Notes: a model not told the origin generated them from the sequence alone. DNA of 64,000 nt from Macrostomum lignano (GCA_002269645.1 NIVC01000645.1:62001-126000), one strand, 5' to 3'. Positions 27,802 through 40,289 are shown, counted from the stretch's first letter. Program-made: numbers and translations.

Positions 27802-29141
27802 GAGCTGCCGTTGCGCTGGGGCGCGGCGCTGGCCGACCGCCGGTGCGGGCACTCATCGGCGCGGTGCTCGCGATTGCACCTGTAACACATAGCGCTCTGT
27901 CGCCGCAGCTGATAGGGCGGCGGGCGTGAACCCGACTGTTGCTGCCGCTGCGGCTGCTGCTGCTGCTGCTGTCGACGTTGACCTCCTACTGGCGGCGTCC
28001 TTGGCGGCGGGTTGCTGCCGTCTCGTGGTTGCTGAAGTCGATGGAACTGCTCGTGCTGCACAATCCGTGTGCCGGGTGTCTTGAATTGGGCGCTCTCATC
28101 TGCGCTGCGGCGAGGAGTCGAGGGCACCAAACATCTGTTGCGTTGGCCCCAAGAGTCCTGCGGCTGGTGGCGAGCAGATTCCCAATGCTCCTGGGTGTCG
28201 TTATTGCGCGATCCCAGCGAGTGGAACTCTCGCAGCTCATTGCTCAAAGCTTCTAATAGACGTCGCTGCTCTTGCAGTGTCTCAGTTTGCTGTTCCATCA
28301 CTTCACGCAACCAATTCTCCTCGGGCCGAGATGACTTGTCGTGTTGCACTCCAGTTGGTGACTGACCATCGTCATCCTCGAGGACCCGGACATGTCTCGC
28401 TGCTGGCGGCGGTGCTACCCTCTGAGCCAGGCTAGCTGCTGTCTCCAGGCGTAGCACAGCCCTTCTCGCTGCGGTCAGATTCTGCGGTCGCACCAGGATT
28501 AGCTGTTCTCTGGCTGACTGGGCAATTCGCACTCCCACGGTGAACTGGTCCACTAGTTCGGCCTGCTTCTGAACCGGGGTGAAGTGCGGAAATGCTCTAT
28601 CGGCCAGAGCAATTAATCGATCACCGTAGTCGTCGACACTCTCATTCTTGCCTTGCTGGCAGCATCGGAATTGCTCCCGGTACTCCAGCGTGTCGGCCAC
28701 GTGGGTGAAGCGCTCGGACAGTCTTTGCTTGAATTCGCCAAACGTCAGATTGTCCGGCAGTTCCATCCTGACGACTGCGGGATAGGTTGTGGCGATGTCC
28801 AAATTCACTAGGACTTCCGCCTTCTTACGTCTGTCGTCCACGATCCCGTTGAGTTCGCAACGCTCCTCGAGAGCCTGGATCCAGACGTCAAAGTCCTGGT
28901 TCGGGGTGTACCGCTGAATCTTGACCGGTTTCGGCGCCGGAGCTCGGTCAGGCTGTTGGGGCGGCTGATACACGTGGTGATGGTGCTGCGGCTGTCCCAG
29001 GTTGGCCTGCTCCAGTCGCCGTCTCACCTCTTCGGTCACTGCTCGAATCATCTCGTCGTAGGTCGGCCTAGTAGTTGAGTTGTCGGGGCCCGCGGCGTCG
29101 GCTGTCGAATCCGCGGCCGTTGAGTTAGTTGTCGAAGCCAT
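27738..29141 (-). CDS. gag: Gag (467 aa)
   Basis: Capsid-like region (FDVWIQALEERCELNGI...QGKNESVDDYGDRL) and zinc knuckle CYRCNREHRADEC (CX2CX3HX4C). Confidence 0.92.
   Translation of the reverse strand: MASTTNSTAADSTADAAGPDNSTTRPTYDEMIRAVTEEVRRRLEQANLGQPQHHHHVYQPPQQPDRAPAPKPVKIQRYTPNQDFDVWIQALEERCELNGIVDDRRKKAEVLVNLDIATTYPAVVRMELPDNLTFGEFKQRLSERFTHVADTLEYREQFRCCQQGKNESVDDYGDRLIALADRAFPHFTPVQKQAELVDQFTVGVRIAQSAREQLILVRPQNLTAARRAVLRLETAASLAQRVAPPPAARHVRVLEDDDGQSPTGVQHDKSSRPEENWLREVMEQQTETLQEQRRLLEALSNELREFHSLGSRNNDTQEHWESARHQPQDSWGQRNRCLVPSTPRRSADESAQFKTPGTRIVQHEQFHRLQQPRDGSNPPPRTPPVGGQRRQQQQQQPQRQQQSGSRPPPYQLRRQSAMCYRCNREHRADECPHRRSASAAPQRNGSSGNGTAGRANGGSAIQQPSQH
27795..27801 (-). other. 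-1 programmed ribosomal frameshift site
   Basis: G GGA AAC in the gag frame, followed after 6 nt by a GCTGGA...TCCAGC stem. The -1 frame is the pol ORF. Confidence 0.85.
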
Positions 29142-29187
29142 GACGTAAATTTTGAACGACTCGTTGAAAGGATTTCGGCGTTTCGTT

Positions 29188-29207
29188 ATCCCACTTAGCT
29201 GACACCA
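29188..29207 (-). other. Primer binding site, tRNA-Leu-like
   Basis: TGGTGTCAGCTAAGTGGGAT 1 nt after the 5' LTR. The canonical tRNA-Leu(CAG/CAA) complement is TGGTGTCAGAAGTGGGAT. Confidence 0.85.
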
Positions 29208-29208
29208 A

Positions 29209-30166
29209 TGAGGTGGGGGTGGAGAAGAATTTTCTTGGAAACTCTCGGTTTCAAAAATTTGCTGACACCAGTGAGGAGGGGCGGATTCCTCGTTTGAATT
29301 GCCGCCTGCGTTGTAGAAGCACGAATAAAGCCGGAAAAATGCACAAATTGATGCGTTGATTCTTCTCCTAGGTTACTCCGTCTGCCGGGTCCTCAATTCC
29401 GGGGGGAGGGTAGTCGTAATCGCAGTCGAGCGGTCTAGTAGCGGCCCGGGTCGTTCAAATTAGGTCCTCAGACACCGAAAAAATTATAGTTTGTCGAAAT
29501 TGCTAGATGTGTTACTCTCAGTAGTAAAGTAGCGCTGCCACCACCGTAAATGTCGTTTTACGGAACGTTGAGGGTCTCAGAGCTTTCTTTGAGTTGAGAC
29601 TGACTGGTTATTTTACGCCCCGCGGGCAAATGACTCAATAGAAACTAAAGGCTTCGATTCTGAACGACCGTATGAATAATATTAATATTTGGCGAACTTT
29701 ATTAATTATGGTTGCGTTATTATTATTGTTATCATTACTTATTGTTACTACGCGAGATGATCAGAGACAGGAACAGAAGAAAAGGCGAAATTAAGAACTA
29801 AAACTAACTAAACTAAAACAAACAGTAAAACAACACGCACTAATGACTCCAGAGAAAAATTCAAATAAATATCATTTTGGCGGGAAGGATCCCAGGGGTG
29901 GGACGGAGGATGGGACAAGGGAAGGGACAACGAAGGGAAAAAGGAAAACCCGGCCGCTGGAAACATTAAAACAACAGGGGCCAAGGGAGGGAACAGAAAA
30001 GGGAACAGACGAGGGAGCAAGGGCGGGAACAACCGGGGGGACAAACCAGGGAACAAAAGTTGAAAAAAATGACGTCAATCCGTCCGTGGAACTGGGTGGA
30101 ATGTCCCGCCGGTGTTCGCGCTAGAGGCCTGCCGTCGTTCTCCCAGTGGTAGACCGGCCTACCACA
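29209..30166 (-). repeat. 5' LTR
   Basis: Followed on the minus strand by the PBS and gag. Confidence 0.97.
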
Positions 30167-32834
30167 TATTCTAGCAATTAGAACAGTTTTTTGTGAGACT
30201 TTAAATGAATTTTTTAACTAAACTCATTATAACGTCAGTTTTAACTAAAAATACAAATTTTCTTTTGGCTATTTAACCGCGTCTATTTTCTAAAACAAGA
30301 GTTTTGTACTTTGTTTTACTAAGTAATAGTTAAATTCACGGTATATCGGAGTAACGACATAAGTCAATGAACTCACATCGGTCACGCCATACTTTTCTAA
30401 CCCAACGGCAGTATAATGACGAAGAAAATTGGTTGAGCCATTTTTGCTAAAATCGATCACATATCTGCCGACAGACCAGTTTTAGTATATAGACGTCAGT
30501 TTTAGTATATTGATTAGTTAAATAGAGATATGCAGATGATCGACTTAGGAACATACCGAGTCCGAGTGTAACTAGGCCTAATCATACCATGCTGCCATGC
30601 ACAATAAATGAGATAGGTGTATTAGATGCAGTACTTTTAGTGATTTTAGTTCAGACCTACCTTGCTCAAAGATGAAAATGAAATCATCTTACTCTGCATG
30701 AAACAGTCCAACAGACAGACGATGTATGATAATTTATATCCTCTAGTAAAATATTTAATAATGACTTTGACTTATAATAGCTGTAATGCATCTTTATCTT
30801 GCTAATTATTGAGGCTCTAACTTGTCTAAGGATAACTAAAGCAATTACATATTGCCTTTTTAGGCAATCTCCTAGAATCCTAGTTAATTTGTTGCATTAT
30901 ATTTTTTTCATTTTTTAAACTTCAAAATTAGCTTTACAAGCTATGTAGCTATACTTTTAGTTTTCTTTTTAAAAAGTTGTTTCCTCTGCTGGCAGATAAA
31001 AAGGTGGTGAACAAAATGACTATGCACCCTCTGCAATGGCTAGAAGGCCTAAAGTGAATGTTAACCAGTGGCAACTACAATCATAATTGTCCTTGAAGTC
31101 AACCTAAGGCCAATTTATTGCCAAGCTTATTAATAATGATGTCAACCTATTGAGTTTGCTAGCCTACTAATGGGTAATGGCCAATGAGATGTCAATGTCA
31201 ATAAATAACTACTTTAATGAAGATCCATAAAGCCACTTGTTTCTATAAGTATAAAAGGTCTTTTGAAAATTCTTGTTATACTAAGTAGCTTACTATTACT
31301 ATTAGGGTCTATTTATATTATATTATTAATTTATCTAATACTTATAATAATATCATAATATGCCCATACAGCCTACTACTTGTAGGCTTATTTTGCCTTT
31401 TCCTATTATTTCTATGTAAAAGAAATTTAATGTAGTGCTGCAGATTGCCACTTTTTATAGATAGGCCTAGAATCGCTAGATATTATGTCTTAAAAAGTAA
31501 GGGACCTAAAGAAAACAAAAATCCACTTCTCCTTTAATCCTAGTCTTAGGTTATAGATTTTGCATTTACTAGACCTTGGCTTATTTAATGACTTATTTGA
31601 TGATTTTGATAATTGGGCCTATTTCTACCTATAAAAGTCAAAACTCTATCTGTGTATGTACAAATTACTTTGCTATAGACTTTCAAATTGCTTAACCAAA
31701 TCCCACCAAATTTTGCACCCACCCTAAATTCATTATAGAAAATGTCATAGGCTATGGCCTACTTTAAAATTTCCTAAATTTGAGTCTTCCTACCTAAAAG
31801 TACAAAAAACTGCTTAAAATGTGCAATTTTTTACTAAATCTGCCATCGCGCCACTCCATTTCTACCAATGCTCTTCAAATTTGACACAATCAATCTTCAA
31901 CTATTTTGACACAATTGTGTAAAATTTCAAGTTTTAAAGTTAATCCTGAAAGGTGCTATGCACTTTTAAAGTTAGGCTATTTTTTTCAGCAAGGCAGCCA
32001 CCCCAACCTCTGCCCGCCTGTCTCTCTTTCCCAATCTGGGCAAAAAGTGTGAATAGGTTTTAAAATGCCTAACTTTTGGCTACTCTATTTTTGCTCCACG
32101 TGAAGCAATTGACTTCAAATTTGACACAATTCTTTATTGACTCATTCTCTACAAAATTCTCTGACATGTAAAGTCTCAAATCTGTATCTCAATCAGGATA
32201 GAAACTATAAGCATGTGAAGTTTGTCTGCTTTTTCTGTCATTTGTACTACTCACTCACTCATTCCCCCAGCCCAGACAAAGGGTTAGGTAATAGGGATCA
32301 ATGTACATAGTAAATCTACAGTGTTTTGGAATAACATTTTAATAGCCTTCTCCACACCTTGCGCATGGAGAGGCTACATTTAGCCATGACAGTTTAGCAA
32401 AAGATTCAAACCAGTGTCCTCTGTACCTGTATAGACAAGTCTGCAGCAGTTTAACAGTGGATAGCAAATCAAGGCGATGTAAGATGGTTTGTAAAAATAG
32501 CAAAAAATTAATGAATAACTGATTAGTAGTGTTTACTATGCAATCCTACTAAATTAGTTATACCATGAAAATTTTAACATTCAGATTCACATAAAGTATT
32601 TTAAAACTTAAATGGCTTCTAAAAATATGTATTTCCTTGGTTGTTAGACTGCTGCAGAGTGGTGGTGGAGCTAGGCTAGAGGGAGATACATAAATTCCTC
32701 TCAGGGCTGCTAATTGGCCAGAAATATGATGTGATTAAAGCATAACAACCATGAGAGTAGTATTTCCCACAAATGCTTTTGAAGCAAGGATTGGCAGACT
32801 TTAACCTCAAATGCCAAATAAAGAATCAAGCTCA

Positions 32835-34070
32835 TGGCTAATGAGATAAGAGTGAAAAGGAGACAAGGAATAGACTATAAGAAGAGAGAAGAAGCGAGAG
32901 GAGGATAAGAGAAAAGATAAAAGACAAGAAGAAAGACGATGGGGTAAGGATAAGGAGTGAGCAGATAATATTGGAGTAAGAAGTGAGAGGAGGGGAAAGA
33001 GAAAGGAGAGGAAAGAATAGAAGTGAGAAGAGGGAGAGAGAGAAAATGGGAGAGATGAGACAAGATCAATGACAGAGGAGTGAGAAGAGAGTAGAGATGA
33101 GAGATGAAGGAGGAAAGAGCAAAGTGCAGAAAGGCAAGAGAAGAGAATATAGGGGAAAGATTATAGAAGAGAGAAAAAAGAGGAATAAGGGAAGAGAGGA
33201 ATCAGAAGAGGGTAAAGAGAAGAGTACACTGAAGATTGGAGAGTACAGATGATAGAAAACAGAGGGGATGAGAGTGAACACAATATCTGAGAGGAGAGAG
33301 GAGTCAGATGAGGGGAAAGAGAAGAGTACAGAGGAGAGAGATGAGAACATACAAGTATACAAAAGTAAAGATGACAGATGAGAGAGGGAAGATGAGAATG
33401 AGAGAGCAAAGACAAGAATGAACACACGAAAGATAGGAGAGTAGAGAGAAAAGAGGATAGATAAGAAATAAGAGATGAAAGACGAAAGGTGAGACAAAGG
33501 GAGAGAGAAAAGAGTAGAGAGCAGAAAGAAGATAGAGTAGAGAGCAGAGGGAAGATAGAGTAGAGAGCAAAGAGAAAATAGAGTAGAGAGAAGAGAGTAG
33601 AGAGCAAGGAGAAATGGGAAGAGATAAAACAGGAGAAAGGGAGAGATAAGACCCTATTGCAGCCAATGGCCATTTTCGTGGACGGCGTCCGGCGCGGATT
33701 GGACTGGTGGCGGCGCGGCGCGCGCGGCGGCGGCGCGCGCGTGGCGGCGGCGCGCGGTGGCGTGGTGTGTGGCGGCGGCGCGCAGCGCGCGGCGAGCCAT
33801 TGACTGACTAATTGAACCAAATCACTGATCCTGGGGACTGGCCCTGGCGCAGTACGGGTAGATGTCTGGCGCGGGAAAGGGGGGCGTCCGGCGCGGTTCA
33901 GACCTTGGCTGCAATAGGGAGATAAGAGAGCAGAGATTAGAGAAGAGAAAAGAGGAGAGAAAAGAATAAGAGGGAATAGACAAGGGAAGAGGGGATAGAG
34001 GAGAAAGAGAAGAGACCACAGACCAGAGAGAAGAGAGAAAACAGAAAAGAAGGTAGAGACAGAAGTTTCT
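32835..34070. repeat. GA-rich low-complexity tract interrupted by a MITE
   Basis: Nearly pure purines on the + strand. Confidence 0.9.
33652..33919. mobile_element. GC-rich MITE (268 bp)
   Basis: Perfect 15-bp TIR CCCTATTGCAGCCAA / TTGGCTGCAATAGGG; 8-bp TSD AGATAAGA (33644-33651; 33920-33927). Confidence 0.9.
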
Positions 34071-34543
34071 AAGGATCCAACTTCCAAGGGACACAAGGAG
34101 AGGCAGAGGCCATAAGTTTGCCTGACATTCTGTGCAGCACCCCAACCAACAATATTAATGTTTGCTTCAAATACTAATTTTACACAAATGTACTCTGTTT
34201 TATGTTTAACTCTATCCTAAATTCCTAACTATTAAAAAGTTTTTGTTTAAGTATGACTTTAGATTTTAGAATACATGCAAAAATAGTTCTAGGGATTGGA
34301 GTTCCCCAGGTTCAAAATCCATGGGTTTCAATAGCTTGTGGATATATAAATGACATAAGTACTTTAGTAATATGAAGTCTAGATTAAAAGTTTCTTTGCA
34401 AATGAATCATTACTTTATAAAGCAATAAGGCCCCTAGCAAAGCATTGTTTTAAATTTTTATAAATTGAATTGCTTTAATTTTCATTATAATTATAACAAA
34501 GTTTTTTTTAATTAGAGGTATATACAATATATCATGTTATTAT

Positions 34544-35555
34544 TAGGGATACTAACTGCAGGGTCAGCTCCCTAGGGACCCCAAATGAAGGTCCAGGGTT
34601 TTGTCCCCAAGGTTTTGCCCAGGGATCCCCAGATAATTTTTTTTATTCTTTTGAATTGTTATGAATTGTTTTTAAATGTTTTGAATTGTTGTTGATTTGT
34701 TTAAATGAAAAAAATTATAGTAGATCTGTTTTTAAGCACTTAAATAATTGCTCATTTGTTTTCCTTCATTTATAGACAAATTATTATTGACTAAGTCTAC
34801 AATAAATAAAAAAGTACAAAAGTATTGGTTGCACAGTGATTGCCAACTGATTATATATAAGGAGCCTTATATGCTTGATAGAACATGATCTAAGACCATC
34901 AAACATGTTTTGATTGGCCTATAAGGCATATATTGCAAATGTTCAAATGCTGTTTATTAGACAGGCAAACTGTTAATTATTTTATTTTAATTTTTAACAT
35001 AATTTTTTATAGAATCTGATTTTCCATTCATCCAATCCATTCAAATTCCTTCATTCAACCAATCCAATTAAGTACAAAGTCCAAACCCAATTCTATTTCT
35101 GTTTCTATGTTTATATTTCGCATATTTATATGTATATAATTATAACTTTATTGTTTATAAGTTTATAATTTACATTGTCATTTTGTGTTTTAACTTTGTA
35201 GATTTTCAAATTTTTGAATATTTAATCAGTTTCATGCCTATGGTTGCAAACCACAGACAACCAAAATCACAATCACATGTAATGTGATACAACATAAATC
35301 CACAATAAAGTGTATTTTAAACAAAATGAACTAGTATTTTAGTATATCAGACATTCTTTAGTATATATAGATAAAGGTATAAATGTATAATATATAAAAA
35401 TCCAAAAATATAGCAAAAGTACAATTTTTTACCACATTTGCAGTTTTTATCTTTTAAGCACTTCTTTTAAACTGTCCATAGGGACCCCAAGGAAAAGCCA
35501 AAAATTCCCTATCTCCCAGGGGGGGTTTTAAAAGTCCAGGGAATTGGCATCCCTA
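34544..35555. mobile_element. Older non-autonomous hAT-type element
   Basis: TAGGGAT...ATCCCTA termini; 7/8 TSD GTTATTAT / GTCATTAT; CCCAGGG-rich subtermini. Confidence 0.65.
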
Positions 35556-36796
35556 GTCATTATATTATTATATTAAGTGCATTGCTTATATATATTAATG
35601 AATGCCTATTTTTTTAATTTAACTAAATATACTAGAAAATTTTAGTATGAATAACATCTTCCAGATTCCAGAATATACATGTGCAACCCTCTGATTTACA
35701 CTGGCTATGCAACTTTATTTTTGACCAAAAATATGACTTACCTATAAAAGACCCTAAAGCAAAAACTATTTAAGCAATTTTAGAGAAATGGCAGGAGTAA
35801 CTATGAGTGTCTTATTAAGGCTAAATGTCTCATCTAATTAGTAGTCTATATTTTTGGGTAGGCATTTTTGCAACTTCCCCTTGGTTTACGACAATTTATA
35901 GTGCCCAGATTGGCCAGGTTGGCTAGAAGTTGCACATATATATTCTAGAATGTCATCTACTTAAAGTAAAGTGGTCCATGATTTTATGAAACTTTGGAGA
36001 TTTTGTGATTATTATCACAGCTAATACAACTAATATCTAGAATCAGGACAGCCTAGACAAGCAAATGCCTGCCAAGGTTTAATATATTTAATAGCTTGCA
36101 TGAGAATTAAGAATAATGTTTTCTACTTTCTAGGTAATCTAGGAGCTAGAAGTCTTAGGGCTATAAACTTTATCTCTACTTGGCCTTCTAAAGTTATAGT
36201 TATATCATTAGAAAACTAGGTAATTCTGCCCAAAATTTATAGCGTGACCATTTATAGCAGCTTTATAATCTTGGCATGCATGGCTACTTAGATTTGTAAA
36301 ATAGTAGTTTATATATGCTAGTCAGCAATGTTGATAATTATGTCAATTATTATATTTGGTAGATAATATATAATAGTGTTAGCCAGATCTTTAATCTAAC
36401 CTTTATTGACTTCATTTAGTGGCATATTGAGCATATTCTTATTCTTAGAAACCTTGCTGATATCTCCTCGCTTAGTCATGACTCTTTAGTTGAGCATTTC
36501 TGTCGATCATCTTCTATTGCTCATGGCTTGGCAACTGAGAAATTTGATCTTCGCAGTCTCGTCCATAAAGCTACTTTTAGTAATGTGTTGCTGGTGCAGC
36601 ATATATGCTTGTCCTATGTAGGAATTGTTTGCAATGGTTTTTGTCCATTAAAGTACATTTAGGCTCCGATCACTCTAGGTTTTACTTATGCATACAAATA
36701 AAAATGCTCATTATTAGTTGTAGAGCATCATTTATTATGCTCAAAAACAATTATAATTACTGGCAATACCATGCATGCTGCATCGCAATCAGGCCC

Positions 36797-37099
36797 ATGG
36801 CAACTGAAACTGGCGACCAGTCGGCCCCAGCTGCACCCAGCGGAGACTCCGCCGCCGCCGCCGCAGACAACTTGAAGGCCAGCCCGGTGGCTTCCAATGG
36901 CGCCGATTCTCCAGCTAAGTCTGCCGATGAGAAGATGGAGAACAGTGAGCCTGATGGAGCTTCTAAAGAAGCCAATGAGAAAAAGCAGGCGGCCAAGCCA
37001 AAGCCCAAGGCTTCGCCAACGCAGAAAAGTCGTCGACCAGCCGAGTCGCCGGCTCCACCAACGCCAAGTCGCGAGGGGATGCGGCGGGATAGAAAGAAG
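36797..37099 (+). CDS. DEK: DEK chromatin protein, exon 1
   Basis: MATETGD...REGMRRDRKK|gtaa joins VERL, like the DEK motif KREKKKVERL; phase 0. Confidence 0.82.
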
Positions 37100-37164
37100 G
37101 TAAAAAACTGCGCTCTTTCAGAACTGGAATTCCCAAATATGCGTGCGTTCTTATAAATTTATTG

Positions 37165-37397
37165 TCCTTGTTGCTATGGGGACAGACTCTAATCACCTTG
37201 TTGCTATGGGACAAATGCTCGAGTTGCCTTGTTGCTGAGGCCATATGCTTGAGTTGTCTTGATGCTATATGGGGACAGATTCTCGAAGTGCCTTGTTGCT
37301 ATGGTTACAAATGCTTAAGTCGCTTGTTGCTATGGGGACAGATTCAAACTGCCTTGTTGCTATGAGGACAGGTGTTCGAGCTACCTTGTTGCTATGA
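37165..37397. repeat. ~30-bp degenerate intronic repeat
   Basis: Recurring CCTTGTTGCTATGG. Confidence 0.85.
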
Positions 37398-37532
37398 TTC
37401 TTTGAGCAAGGATTAGCAACACCTATTTGCTAGGGACGCTAACTTGATTTACTCTTTCCAAAGACGCTAATTAAGGTTTTATCTCGTTGCTAGGGACGCT
37501 AACAAACCTAATTAAACTCTGACCTTGCGCAG

Positions 37533-38501
37533 GTGGAGCGCCTATCGGAGGTGATTGACAAGCAGTACCAGCAGCACGTGGACAGCCGGGTTGTGCTGCC
37601 CCAGGGCCGGGGCACGAAGCTGCGGGACTGCCCCCGGGTGCTTTACTTCATGTACCAGAGCAAGCCGGACGACCTGAAGCTGCTGCACAGCCTCATCTTC
37701 AACCGCTCCGGCGTGGCCAACGAAATTCGAAAGAACCTGCTTGAATTCAACGGCTTCGAGTTTAGCAAAGATTCGAAAGAATTCGAACGCCTGGTTGACC
37801 GGGCGGCGTCGCGCAAGGTGAAGGAGCTGAAGAAGAGCCTGTTCGCGCTGGACCTGGAGCGCTCGCAGGGTAGCGGCGGCGGAACCCGCGACATGGCGCA
37901 GCGACTGTGCGAGTTTCTTGTTAAGCCGTTCGACAACGGCAAGAAGCCGCCGAAGAAGCTGTCATTCCAGCTAATGCAGGAGGGCCGCGGCGGCAAGAAG
38001 AAATCCTCCAAGTCTTCGAAATCCAAGTCTGCTGCTTCTAGCAGCAAATCGGCTGGCAAAAAGAAGAAGCCGGCTAAGAAAGCGGCCGCCAGCAGCGGCA
38101 GCGAAGGGGAGGAAGAAGAAGACGACCAGGTGAGCAGCAGCAGCAGCAGCGGGTCCGACGCCTCCGACTCCGACGATTCCGACGCCAAGAAAAAAAAGAA
38201 AAAGCTGCAAAAGACGAAAAAGAAGACGCCAGCAAAGAAGGCGGCTTCGCCAGCCAAGAGGCAGCCGGCCGGTGGCGCCAGCCGCAAGCGCAAGGCGTCG
38301 GTGTCGTCGGACTCTGACGGCGGGGCGGCAGCCGACTCGTCAGACGAAGACGACATGCCGCTGAAGAAGCTGAAGACTGCGCCGGAAGAACAGGAGTCGC
38401 CAAAGAAGCCGCCAACTGATGAAGAGATCAAGCAGGCGGTGGCGGATGTGCTGGCCAAGGCGGACTTGGACAATCTCATGCTCAGCCAGGCTATTAAGCA
38501 G
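37533..38501 (+). CDS. DEK: DEK, exon 2 (pseudo-SAP/SAP, K/S/D-rich region, start of DEK_C)
   Basis: GRGTKL...LKLLHSLIFNRSG...IRKNLLEFNGF; KELKKSLFALDLERS; PPTDEEIKQAV. Donor CAG|GTGAGT. Confidence 0.93.
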
Positions 38502-38609
38502 GTGAGTCTGCCTTCACTAGCAGCCAGCTGTGCAGTTTGTCTTCGAATTCGCTATCTTTATTTGGGCTGACTCTGAGCACAACCAAACATACTCTAAACA
38601 CAACAAGGA

Positions 38610-39840
38610 ACCCCTATAAACTACAGAAAACCATATAAACACACCATAAACCGATGATAAACATCGTTAACCACTGTATAAATACATCATAAACACTAGC
38701 CGCTGATAAAAACACCATAAGCCTTTGTAAACACACCATTAACCACTGTATAGACAGACCATAAACCGATAATAAACACACCAATAACCACTCTATAAAC
38801 GCATTATTAACCGCTGTATAAATACACCAATAACCACTGTATAAACACACCATTAACCGCTGTATAAATACACCAATAACCACTGTATAAACACACCATT
38901 AACCGCTGTATAAACACACCATTAGCCACTGTATAAATACACAATTAACCGCTGTATAAACACACCATTAGCCAATGTATAAACACTATAAAGCCATGTA
39001 AGCACCATTAACCCTGTATATAAACACACCATTTACCCGTGTATAAACACACCATTAACCCTGTGTATAAACACACCATTAACCCCTGTATATAAACACA
39101 CCATAAAGGCATATAAACACACCATTAACACGTGTGCAAGAACACACCATTAACCCTGTGTATAAACACACCATGCACCCCGCGTATAAACACACCATTA
39201 ACCCCTGTATATAAACACACCATAAAGGCATATAGACACACCATTAACCCTGTATATAAACACACCATAAAGGCATATAGACACACCATTAACCCTGTAT
39301 ATAAACACACCATAAAGGCATATAGACACACCATTAACCCTGTATATAAACAGACCATTAACCCCTGTATATAAACACACCATAAAGGCATATAAACACA
39401 CCATTAACCCTGTATATAAACACACCATAAAGGCATATAGACACACCATTAACCCCTGTATATAAACACACCATAAAGGCATATAGACACACCATTAACC
39501 CTGTATATAAACACACCATAAAGGCATATAGACACACCATTAACCCTGTATATAAACACACCATAAAGGCATATAAACACACCATTAACCCCTGTATATA
39601 AACACACCATAAAGGCATATAGACACACCATTAACCCTGTATATAAACACACCATAAAGGCATATAGACACACCATTAACCCTGTATATAAACACACCAT
39701 AAAGGCATATAGACACACCATTAACCCTGTATATAAACAGACCATTAACCCCTGTATATAAACACACCATAAAGGCATATAAACACACCATTAACCCCTG
39801 TATATAAACACACCATTAACCCCTGTATATAAACACACCT
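38610..39840. repeat. 22-bp / 45-bp dimeric intronic minisatellite
   Basis: TAAACACACCATTAACCCTGTA alternating with TAAACACACCATAAAGGCATA. Confidence 0.95.
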
Positions 39841-39859
39841 GAAACCAATGACCACCCAG

Positions 39860-39928
39860 GTGTACGCCAAATTCGAGCCAATAGACATCTCGGATCGCAA
39901 GCAATTCATCAAGGACGCTATTAAAGAG
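39860..39928 (+). CDS. DEK: DEK, exon 3 (DEK_C)
   Basis: cccag|VYAKFEPIDISDRKQFIKDAIKE|gtgagg, resembling the DEK C-terminus. Confidence 0.88.
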
Positions 39929-40031
39929 GTGAGGACTGCCTGTCTGTCTGTTTTGAATTATGAAAGCTTTGCTTAGATGGCAGATTTGTGCTGCAGCAAT
40001 GCAACTCCAAGCCGTACTTCTCCAATTCCAG

Positions 40032-40040
40032 CTGATGTAG
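40032..40040 (+). CDS. DEK: DEK, probable terminal exon (LM*)
   Basis: ttccag|CTG ATG TAG gives KELM*, like DEK KELIS*. Read-through of exon 3 to a stop at ~39976 is an alternative. Confidence 0.55.
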   Translation: MM

Positions 40041-40289
40041 GCCATACGCTGAATTCGGTCGTACATTTGCAATTCTGCAACTCAATGTGAGGTCCCGGTC
40101 AGCTTTATTAACTGTTTGACGCTAATGAATACATTAATTCACTCTTATTAACAATTATAAGTTTTGCTGAATAATGTGAGCAAACTCTGTATACAGTATA
40201 ATACTTGCACTACTACGTATTATATATTACTAGCAGTAGTGTAGTAGTAGGTGCGCGCGTCAACTTGGCAGCAAACTGCATAAAATATG

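Larger units (their letters stand above)
20074..30166 (-). mobile_element. Full-length Ty3/gypsy LTR retrotransposon (10.1 kb)
   Basis: Two 958-bp TG...CA LTRs, 4-bp TSD TATT (20070-20073; 30167-30170), PBS, and gag then PR-RT-RH-IN order. Confidence 0.97.

Noticed and set aside
37643-38479. 278-aa antisense ORF over DEK (and similar antisense ORFs over pol, CACHD1 and TRIM71)
   Set aside because: Shadow ORFs of GC-rich coding sequence.
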